In this document: positions 54,203-64,000 of the stretch, piece by piece
Numbering within the stretch: the first letter of the stretch is position 1
Layout: the number at the start of each line of letters is the position of its first letter
NCBI RefSeq assembly: GCF_004010195.1
Contig: NC_057719.1
Coordinates: 91,867,077 to 91,931,076, forward strand
Direction of reading: 5' to 3'
Length of the DNA: 64,000 nucleotides
DNA from: Chiloscyllium plagiosum
Lineage: Eukaryota
Notes under the pieces: model-generated
Told to the model about the DNA's origin: nothing
Database searches by the model: none
Seen by the model: only the letters and a program-made list of their open reading frames with translations
Made by a program: the position numbers and the translations under genes

Positions 54203-54403
54203 TCAAGATTAGAGTGGTGCTGGAAAAGCACAGCAGGTCAGGTAGCATCCGAGGAGCAGGAAAATTGACGTTTTGGGCAAAAGCCCTTCATCAGGAATGT
54301 CAATTTTCCTGCTCCTCAGATGCTGCCTGACCTGCTGTGCTTTTCCAGCACCACTCTAATCTTGACCCTAATCTCCGGCATCTGCAGTCCCCACTTCCAC
54401 CCG
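54203..54403. mobile_element. Inverted-repeat Penelope pLTR mini-element with target-site duplication
   Basis: Inverted arms of about 75 bp, flanked by the direct repeat GTCAGGATTGGAG (54190-54202 and 54404-54416). Confidence 0.85.
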
Positions 54404-54769
54404 GTCAGGATTGGAGGCTATGGTTGAGCCTGGATGCACAGAGTTGGCGAGACAGGATGGGTGTGGAGATGATCTCTGAGAATTGAAGAGTTGGATGGGG
54501 GATTGAATTGAATAAGGTTCCCCAGGTTTATTAATTTTAGTAAGAGCCCATGGCTAGTTACATGGGGAGATGGTAAACAGGGATAGTGTCGTTGGGTCAG
54601 TCATCCAAAGTCCCAGACTAATGCTGTGAGAACCTGGACTCAAAACCCGCCATGGCAGCTGGGGAAATGTGAATTCGGGTAATAATAAATCTGGAATGTG
54701 AAGCTTATCCCAACTGCAAGAAAACACAACAACACCTCTACCTCCTTGGGAGGCTAAGGAAATTTTGGC

Positions 54770-55100
54770 ACGTCTTACCAAATTTGTATAGATGCACTGT
54801 GTAAAGCATCCTATCTGGATGCATTACAGTGTGGTTTGGCAACTGCTGTCCCCAAGACCACAGGAAACTACACGGCGTCATGAGCACAGCCTAGTCCATC
54901 ACGTAAACCAGCCTCCCAACCATTAACTCCAAACATATTTCCCACCATCTCGGGAAAGCCAACCCAACGTCATCGAAGACCCTTCCCACTCTGGGTTTGC
55001 TGTCTTCCATCCTCTTTCGTCAGGCACAAGGTATAAAAATTGGAATAACTGCGTGAACTGATTCAAGAACAGCTTCTTCCCTGAAGCGATGTCTCAAATG
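54770..55100 (+). mobile_element. Rex1/Babar-type LINE 3' fragment
   Basis: Decayed translation YRCTV.SILSGCITVWFGNC..DHRKL..TA.SI..DPSH..LSSG.RY..FKNSFFP, typical of the Rex-Babar C-terminus. Confidence 0.75.
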
Positions 55101-55122
55101 TTAATTCTGAGCTCTCGCGCTC

Positions 55123-55941
55123 TCGCGCCCTCGCTCTCTCTCGCGCCCTCGCTCTCTGTCGCGCCCTCGCTCTCTGTCGCGCCCTCGCTCTCTGTCGCGC
55201 CCTCGCTCTCTGTCGCGCCCTCGCTCTCTGTCGCGCCCTCGCTCTCTGTCGCGCCCTCGCTCTCTGTCGCGCCCTCGCTCTCTGTCGCGCCCTCGCTCTC
55301 TGTCGCGCCCTCGCTCTCTGTCGCGCCCTCGCTCTCTGTCGCGCCCTCGCTCTCTGTCGCGCCCTCGCTCTCTGTCGCGCCCTCGCTCTCTGTCGCGCCC
55401 TCGCTCTCTGTCGCGCCCTCGCTCTCTGTCGCGCCCTCGCTCTCTGTCGCGCCCTCGCTCTCTGTCGCGCCCTCGCTCTCTGTCGCGCCCTCGCTCTCTG
55501 TCGCGCCCTCGCTCTCTGTCGCGCCCTCGCTCTCTGTCGCGCCCTCGCTCTCTGTCGCGCCCTCGCTCTCTGTCGCGCCCTCGCTCTCTGTCGCGCCCTC
55601 GCTCTCTGTCGCGCCCTCGCTCTCTGTCGCGCCCTCGCTCTCTGTCGCGCCCTCGCTCTCTGTCGCGCCCTCGCTCTCTGTCGCGCCCTCGCTCTCTGTC
55701 GCGCCCTCGCTCTCTGTCGCGCCCTCGCTCTCTGTCGCGCCCTCGCTCTCTGTCGCGCCCTCGCTCTCTGTCGCGCCCTCGCTCTCTGTCGCGCCCTCGC
55801 TCTCTGTCGCGCCCTCGCTCTCTGTCGCGCCCTCGCTCTCTGTCGCGCCCTCGCTCTCTGTCGCGCCCTCGCTCTCTGTCGCGCCCTCGCTCTCTGTCGC
55901 GCCCTCGCTCTCTGTCGCGCCCTCGCTCTCTGTCGCGCCCT
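55123..55941. repeat. 18-bp minisatellite (TCGCGCCCTCGCTCTCTG), about 45 copies
   Basis: Direct reading; the units are essentially identical. Confidence 0.98.
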
Positions 55942-58162
55942 GCACGAAATGTTAAACCAAGGCAGCTGTGAAAGATCTAATGGCGTGACCTGAGAGTGAA
56001 AAAAGAAACAGCAGGGGTGTTGGTACCCTGGTGAATCTTTCTCTCTGTCATTAAGGCCGGGAGCAGAAGGGTTGGAGGGGATGTGAGGAATGTTTTTTTT
56101 TCCCCTACCCAGTGGGTGATGGGAGTCTGAAGCTTCCCACCTTTAAGGGTGGTAGAGGCACAGACTCTCAAAACATCGAAGTATTTAGACATGCACTTAC
56201 AATGCCAGGATATACCAGGCTATGGGCCAAGTGTTGGAAAATGAGATGGTTGATGGGCTGGAAGTCCTTTCTCTGCACTATAGACCTCTCTGACTCTACG
56301 TGGTGACAGACTTTCTCATTTGGACTTCTGTTTAAGGTAGTTCCTCATGTACACACTGGCTATTTTCCATGTTGCAATATTCCACAATAGAGCAGTGACT
56401 ACACTTCAGGTGTACTTGACTATGCATTCACTGCTATAGCCAGAGGACACCGATCTGGATCAGTGACTAAAGCACCAGAGGAGAGATGAGTGAGGGGAAC
56501 AAACTGAAGCAGTGTTCTGTGATCGTGAACACTTTCCCAGGAGGGACGGTCAGAAGCAGGTTCACTTGCGACTTTCAAAAGACAATTGGGTAAATGGTTG
56601 AACCAGTAAACTCTGCAAGGGGCCATGGGGAAAGAACAGGGAGTGGGACAGACTGAGTAGCACTTTCGTAGGGCTGACCCCCCGTAGGTGTGTCTCTATG
56701 CGTAAGAAATCCTTCCTCGATGTTGTACTACCATGAGGAAATGAACATTTTGTCGATGGCATGCATTGGGAGAAGCAATAATTTAGCCGTGGCAGTATTT
56801 GTTGAGGTGATTATGATTTTAAATACACTGTCCCCATAATTTGTGGCAAGAGAGCTGTACTTATTACTTTAAAGGAGTGTATAATTTTTGTCTGATTACC
56901 CTCCTGTGAAGAATCTTGTGACATTTTAACAAGTTAAAGGCGCTTTATAATTGCAAGTTGTTGTTGTGTAAAGGAACAGAGACATAGCGTGCCTGTGTAT
57001 TTACGTGTATATGTGCATCGACATCACTGTGTCTATATTTACTTATATAAATAGAACTAAACAGCACATGAGGCCATTCAACCCATCTGACCAATGGCAG
57101 CTCCTTGAAAGAACTGTTCTGTTCATCCACTCTCTCCTGCCCTTTCCCCTGAGCTATTTGTGTATTCCCTTTTGAACGTTCCTTGAATTTGCTTTTTAGG
57201 CGATACATTCCAGGTCACACCTGCATAAAACCTGATTTTAGTCCCTTCCTTCCTTCTGTTAATTTTCTTCAGTCTGTGTTTGCTGGTTACCAGCCCTGTT
57301 GTCAGAGGTCGCTCTTTCTTTTTATTGACTCTTATCGAAGCCTGCAAGGTTTTGAACCAATCTATTAAATCTCCTTTTACCTTTCTGTGCTGCAGGGAGA
57401 ATGACTGCTAGCTCCTCTCGTATCTCCACATTAACTGGTACCATTCCAGTAAATCTCTGACTCTGAGGTTTTGGTATCCTTCTGAAATTGGACACTGTGC
57501 TCCAGTTCAGGCCTGGCCTCCGCTTGCTCGCTCGCTCGCTCGCAGTCAAAACCCTCACCTGTATTTTTGCTTCTTATTCCCATGTTCTGCTGGCCAAACT
57601 CCCTCTGTGGACTCTTTTTTTTGCGAACTTGTACTGATCCAGAACTCTGCCACCATGACGGTTAAGCGGGTCAAAGGTTATCGAGGGAGGATGAAGTATG
57701 GCATTGAGGGCAAAATCAAATCTGCCATGATCCTGTTGAATGGGGGAGCAGGCCTGAAGGGCTAAGTACCCTACCACTCCTCCTCAGTTTCCAAATTTGA
57801 GTGTTTGGGACTCATTCTAACAAGGCCTGATCTTCACTGGCTCCTCGTTTGATAACACTTCCATTTTAAAGCAGTCATCTCAGTCTTCCCTCCATGGCCT
57901 CACGCCCCATCCATTGCCCGTTGCCTTTTCTTCATTATTTTGAAATCTGCTCCAGCTTCCATGATGTCTGCAATGCCTCTTCCTGTCTAACCCCCACAAT
58001 CCTTTGCTGTATAAATGCTTGGCAGTCATGCTTGCGGCCGTCCTGGACCTTGATTTGGAAATCCATCACTAACCTCTCCACCTCACTCTCCTTTTAAAAC
58101 CTGCTGCTCTATCCAATGGTTTGGTCACCTGTTTGAAGGTTATATTACAAAGCTCAGCGTAA

Positions 58163-58445
58163 AGGGGTGGCACGGTGGCTCAGTGGTTAGCGCTGCTGCC
58201 TCTCAGCGCCAGGGACCCGGGTTTGATTCCAGCCTCCGGCGACTGTCTGTCTGTGTGGAGTTTGCATGTTCTCCTTGTGTCTGCGTGGGTTTCCTCCCAC
58301 AATCCCAAAGATGCGCATGTCAGGTGAATTGGCCATGCTAAATTGCCCAAGTGTTAGGTGCATAAGTCAGAGGGAAATGGGTCTGGGGGGTTACTCTTTG
58401 GAGGGCTGGTTTGGACTTGTTTCCACGCAGGAGGTAATCTAATCA
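58163..58445 (+). mobile_element. HE1-type V-SINE
   Basis: Head, V-domain and AATCTAATC tail. Confidence 0.87.
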
Positions 58446-60595
58446 GAGAGTTCTTTCTGTCGTCATCCTCCTATGAAGTTCCATGGGAGGTTTTATTTAT
58501 AATTTCCAGCACAGGAACTGGTTGCTTGGACTATTGGGTGTTTGCTGGGTTTTTTTTCTGCTTTGTGTAAACTTCTCTCTCGAGTTTCATCTAGTTCTGT
58601 AACCATAATCCTTTCTCCCTCGTATTTCTTAAGCTTTCCTTAAATGTGTTTAACCTCTTCGCCTCAGCCACTTCCCTATAGCAGCGAGTTACACTTTCTA
58701 GTCACACTCTCTCTCGATAAAGACATTTCTCCCCAGTGCCCTGTTAAAAATAAGTGATTTATATTTGTACTCATGTACCTTGGTAACTAGCTTCTCCACA
58801 AATGCAAAACATCATCTTTTGTGTCTAGCTTCTCAAATGTCTTTATAATTTTAAAGGCCTGTTCCAAGGGCTTGTTTAACTTTTCCTCACGGTTATAACC
58901 TCTTAGATCTGGTAACCTATAAATCTTTGCTTCAGTGCACGGAGTGCTCAGTGTGGGTTTTGCTGCTACGTAAATGCAAGATGTTATTGCCCAGCTCCAC
59001 GTCAGAGAAGGGGGAACTTTGAGTGAGCGTCCGAATTGGGCGTAAGAAGGCCCAGACAGCACAACTCAACAGTCATCTAAACAACTGTCGCCTCGTTTTA
59101 GTCTCTCCTACAAGACCAATCCTCCTCCACGCATCCACCCTTTCACGACCCCTCAGGATCTTTGATGTTTCGACGTGATCATCTCTCATTCATTCTTCTA
59201 AATTCCAGCGGGGTGTAGGACCAACCCTTCCCCACGAGACAAGCATTTGTAAACCAGGAATCCGTTTGGGGGAGATGACGTAGGGCAAGAGAGGCCCGGG
59301 TTTCAGTGAGGAATATCTGGGGAACAGTGACCATAATATGTTTAAAGGAGCTCTGGAAAGGGATAAGGAAAAAGTGACGGTGAATGTTGGAGAGTCCATC
59401 TCAATAATCTGAGCAGGTCCCTCACACTGGGAAAAGTGGTTAATGTTATGAATAGGACGACCAAATTCCTTGGTAGCTTTTGACCGATTGAGAGCTGGAA
59501 TCCAGAATAATGCAAACTAATGAAAACCGATGTGGTCCAGCCAGACTCCAGGACAACCTTCCCTCTTCCACATGATGTATCATCCTCTAACATCACCAAT
59601 GATGCCCAGATAATCCCTTAACAGCAATTAACCCTTTACGTTACATAGTCAAACCTACAAACGAGGAACAGGAGAAGGCCATTTAGCCCTTAGAATCTGC
59701 TCCGCCATTCAGTAGGATGATGGCTGATCCGATTTTAACCTCCACTCTACATACCCGTTACATTCCGGATAATCTTTCACCCTCTTGGTAATCCGGGATC
59801 TCCCTACCTCTGTCTTAAAGATTCTGCATGCACTGCCGTTTGAAGGGAATTCCTTCAACCTTGCTTTCCTGATCTCTGTTTTAAAATGGGCAACCTCATT
59901 TTTAACCCAGTGGCCCTTAGTTTGAGATTCTCCCACGCCAGGAAGCTTCCCCTTGGTCAAATCCGCTCAGTATCTGACGTTTTCATTCAGTTGACCAAGC
60001 AAGCCAGATCAGAAGCCACACGACAACAGGTTCTAGTCCGAACAGGTTTAACGGCTGAATAGTAAGTGAAGGGGACGGCCTATAATCCAATTCATTGAAG
60101 CAGAGAGGTAATTACAAAAAAAATAAAAAATCGGGTGGTGCTGGAGACAAACCAAATGACTGGAATAACATGCCAGGTGTAAGAGTCGCATGCCGAAGGC
60201 CTAACCAAAGTGACAAGTAATCCAAAAGTGTACAAACTGATTAAGGTCGAGAGATCATAACAGGTTATCAGGATGATGGTATTAAAACAGGACAGTATGG
60301 AAGATTTTACAAATACGGAACAGTGTGGTGAGATCACATGTTGCGCAGTGTGAACCCAATCCATGGTTGAGGCCATTTTGGGTTCAACATGGAGGGCCAA
60401 AGGGCTGGACAGCGCTGTTATGTTCTATGTATCTTCGTGGATGTGGAACTTGGCTATCAGTTTAACCAGAAATAAGCGAAGCCAGGCTTTCATGATGGAG
60501 ATAATCAAGGCATAAAGCAAGTTTCTTATCTCCAGGGGTAAAGGCAGGGCATCTCAGCTGTCTAAGGAAATAAAGGTTAAAATATCTCCAGGATT

Positions 60596-60901
60596 GGGCA
60601 GCATGGTGGCACTGCTGCCTCTCAGTGCCAGAGACTCTGGTTCAATTCCTGCCTTTGGCGATTGACTGTGTGGAGTTTGCACGTTCTCCCCGTGTCTGTG
60701 TGGGTTTCCTGCAGGTGCTCCGGTTTCCTCCCACAGTCCAAAAATGTGCAGGTTAGGTGAATTGGCCACGCTAAATTGCCCGTACTGTTAGGTGAAGGGG
60801 TAAATGTAGGGGTAAATGGGTCTGGGTGGGTTGCGCTTCGGCAGATCGATGTGGACTTGTTGGGCCGAAGGGCCTGTTTCCACACTAAGTAATCTAATCT
60901 A
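60596..60901 (+). mobile_element. HE1-type V-SINE inserted in a decayed CR1 (~60430-61600)
   Basis: HE1 sequence. The flanks show CR1 RT remnants (CLTNLIExF, DEGSAVD). Confidence 0.85.
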
Positions 60902-61679
60902 AAAGGAGGTTGATGATATGCTGGGTACAGGATGCTGTTGAAAGCTGGATAGGAATTCGGGAGTCCAGGCTCCGTATTGGAGCAGCTAAGCGGTTAACTA
61001 AGAGGCAATTAAGGAGTAATCATAATAATAAGGAACCCCCCAAATCTTCCATTACCCTCTTTAAAATACAATGTGATGAGGCCTGTTAAGGATGGAAATG
61101 GAAACCTTGTGGAAGTAAAGGACCATCTAAGGCAGGGAATAAGAACTTTGGATCTCTCGCCACAAAAGTCATGGTGGAGAGAAATAGATGGGAAAGAGGT
61201 GCTGACTATTATAATGCAGTTAACAAGTCATCCAGTCGAGTTGGGATTCTGTGAGGGGAAGCCAGGGAGGAGATTTATAACCTGACCACAATGCTTGAAT
61301 AGTGGAATGGTGCCAAATGACTCAGGGATAGCAAATGTTATATTCCTGTTCAAAACAGGGTGACTAGGATTGTCACCAAGTCACGTCGTAGTGGCGGGAA
61401 AACTACTAAAAGTTGTTGTCAAAGATACAATTAATCCCTGCCTTGGGAAAAATGTGGATTAATAAGAGACAGGCAGCAGAAATATGTGGAAGGCACATCA
61501 TGTCTGACTTAACCTGATTGAGGTCTTTGATGTGACTGAGAGGGTTGATGAAGGTAGTGCAGTAGATGGTGCATATGCAGAGGTGCCTCGATTATCTGGC
61601 ATTCAATTAACCAAATGAAATGCTCCCCGCCTGTGACCTCCAGATAACCGAGTTTCCTCGGTATAGATTTTTGAGAAAA

Positions 61680-62040
61680 GGCATTCTGCTGAGGCGTGAT
61701 GATCCTTTGATTAAATTGTGCTTCTCGCTCTCCTCCCCCTCATGAGGGGGCAGCCTAAGGCCCTCTGGCACTTTGGCAATGGACCGAAGCAGATTTGGAC
61801 TGAGTTGAGGAGGAGCTTCTTTACCCGAAGGGTTGTGAATCCGTGGAATTCCCTGGCCAGTGATTCGGTCGAGGCTACCTCGTTGTATGTTTTTAAGGCG
61901 AAGGTGCAAAGGAATGAAGGGTTACGGTGAGAGGGCGGGTGAGTGGAGCTGAGTCCTCGAAAAGATCAGCTATGATCTTATTGACTGGCGGAGCAGGCTC
62001 GAAGGGCTGGACGGCCTACTCCTGCTCCTATATTTCTTCC
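61680..62040 (+). mobile_element. CR1 LINE 3' end
   Basis: ELRRSFFTRRVVNPWNSL..VEATSLYVFKA followed by the 3' UTR GGAGCAGGCTCGAAGGGC..CCTACTCCTGCTCC. Confidence 0.8.
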
Positions 62041-64000
62041 ATTCTTAGGCCCATGGGGATATGCAAGGGGCTGGGGGAAGAGTTAGGGCTGAAAGGGAAC
62101 AATAACAGTAGGCCTTGCTGTCTGGGTGAAGTGTTTCTCTGGTTACTGTTGGCTGTCGCTCCACGTGCTGGTTTCCCCAAAAATCCTGCATCAGTCAGGT
62201 GAAAAGAAACCAGCAGGAGTAGCATTCACCTTTTGCAACCCGAGAAGCCTCTGGAGTGGTTATCAGCCGCCGCCATAGCGACATTGTGATGTCTTGTCTT
62301 GTTTCCTTGGTGTGTCGCCTTGGCAGCAGGAACAGGTCTCCGAGTCCGGGAATGGAATGAGTACACACTGTGTAGCGTTGCTGTGGGCTGCGGACTGAAT
62401 TTGTTGCAAAGTCTGGCCGGTGCTGAGTGTATTATTTTACAACTTGCCGTTTGCGGAGCTGAGTGAATTGGGTGGGTAGATGGACCAATGCGCATTTCTC
62501 TAGCGCCTTTCACAGCCCCAGGACTTCGCCAAAGCCTCTCGCAGCCAATGAAGTAGTTTGTTTCCTTTTTGGATTGTCAGAGACAGCGAAGCCAACTCGT
62601 ACACAGCAATAAGGGAGTGATGTGGAGTGCTGGTGGCTAAGGCATGTACATTTGGGAATTCTCCCAAGGCATGTCACAGAAGCTGAGCAGACAAAGGATT
62701 GACACTAAAGCTAAAGTTAAGGTGACCAAAAGCCTGGTCAAAGAGGTAGGTTTTAAGGAGTGTTCAAAAGAGAGGCACAAACGAAATAGAAGCAGTGGAC
62801 CATTCCGTCCCTCAAGCCTGCAGCGCTGTTCTGTCTGTCCACGATTGACCTTGGGTTTCAACTGTGTACTCCTCACCTCCCTGAAAGATTAAATACCTAT
62901 GTATCATGGCCCGAAATGTATTCGACGATGGGACATCCCTAACCCTCCAGAGCAGAGACTTCCATTGGTTCACGACCTTTGTGAAGAAATTTCCCTTTGT
63001 CTCTGTCTGAAATGATTGGCCCCTTATCCTGAGCCCGTGTGTCCTGCGTTCTAGATTTGCCCGTCCCGCCGAGCAATCTGTTTGCTGTCGACCAAGCCTA
63101 GCCCCTTCGGGATCTTCACTCAGACCGTCGCTCGTTTTTTTGAACTCCCAGAGAGTATCGGCTTAAGTTACCCAGTCTCCCCTGGTTTTACAAAACCCCC
63201 ACCCCGGGGACCGATCCAGGGAGCCCTCACGTGCACGCACAAGTACAGAGGTTTGTTGGAGAAACTCTGGGTCTGGCAACATCTGTGGAGGGAGAAGCAA
63301 AGTTAACGTTTCGAGTCCCGTCATTCCTCTTCTGAACTTTGACTGTAGCCAATACAAATATATCTGATTATGAATGTGGAGGCCATAGCTTTGCAAGAAA
63401 CTGGCGCAAAATTCTACATGTGGTCTCCTCAAAGCCTTGTACGATTGTTGACATCTATTCCAATCGTCCTGACATGAAGGCCCGTATGTTAATCATCTTT
63501 CTAATTGTCTGCTATAATGCATACTAAGTCTCTATGTTCCTTTGTATGAGTGCATACAAGTCCCTTTAATATCAAGTCCCTTTTAAAAAGATGTTCTACT
63601 TTTCTATTTGACCAAAGTGAGAGACTTCACAAATCCTTACATTACACTCCATCACCCATCTGATACCCACTGTTACCCACTGATAACATAACCCTTGTTT
63701 ATATCACATTGCAGTCACCCTTGAGAGCTCTTCACACCTTACCTCTCAAATTAGCTTTGTATCGTCAGCAAACTTCGATACAAACTGAGAAAAGGCAATT
63801 CCGAAAATTAGGGCCCAGGGCATGGCCACCGATTATCGAGTGAAGGAAATTGTAATGATCATAAGAGGAGCAAAACGGTGTCAAGCCTGAGGCTAGAGAG
63901 AAACGGAGGAGTTATTTGAAAGAGTATCTAAGAGGCCCATACCACTGTTTATGCCACATTGCCTTACAGTCACAGAGACATAGAGCCATGCAGCACAGAA

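Noticed and set aside
55089..55955. 288-aa and 283-aa repetitive ORFs (APSLSV / GATESE)
   Set aside because: By-products of a stop-free 18-bp tandem repeat. There is no synonymous variation, splice context or recognisable domain.

Overview
Repeat-rich vertebrate genomic DNA, most likely a shark or other cartilaginous fish (inferred from abundant HE1-type V-SINEs, HER1/CR1 LINEs, Deu-domain SINEs and Penelope elements). One host protein-coding gene is clearly present: PTGR2 (prostaglandin reductase 2) on the minus strand. Seven of its coding exons lie between 32134 and 10400, with canonical GT-AG junctions. One internal exon is missing and probably falls in an N gap, and the terminal exon was not found. 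A GC-rich, motif-dense promoter-like region at about 39.5-41.3 kb probably starts a divergent plus-strand gene (MIDEAS/ELMSAN1 by mammalian synteny, inference only); no coding exon for it was found in the rest of the window. Notable non-coding items are hammerhead-ribozyme-like cores in Penelope termini, several hairpin-shaped mini-Penelope insertions (one with a clear target-site duplication), a U2 snRNA 5' fragment that may be a chimeric retrocopy, a Tc2-like MITE, clusters of bZIP/D-box motifs and a homogeneous CpG-rich 18-bp minisatellite. I found no convincing wholly new biological system. Repeat family names come from recalled consensus similarity, and repeat boundaries are approximate.
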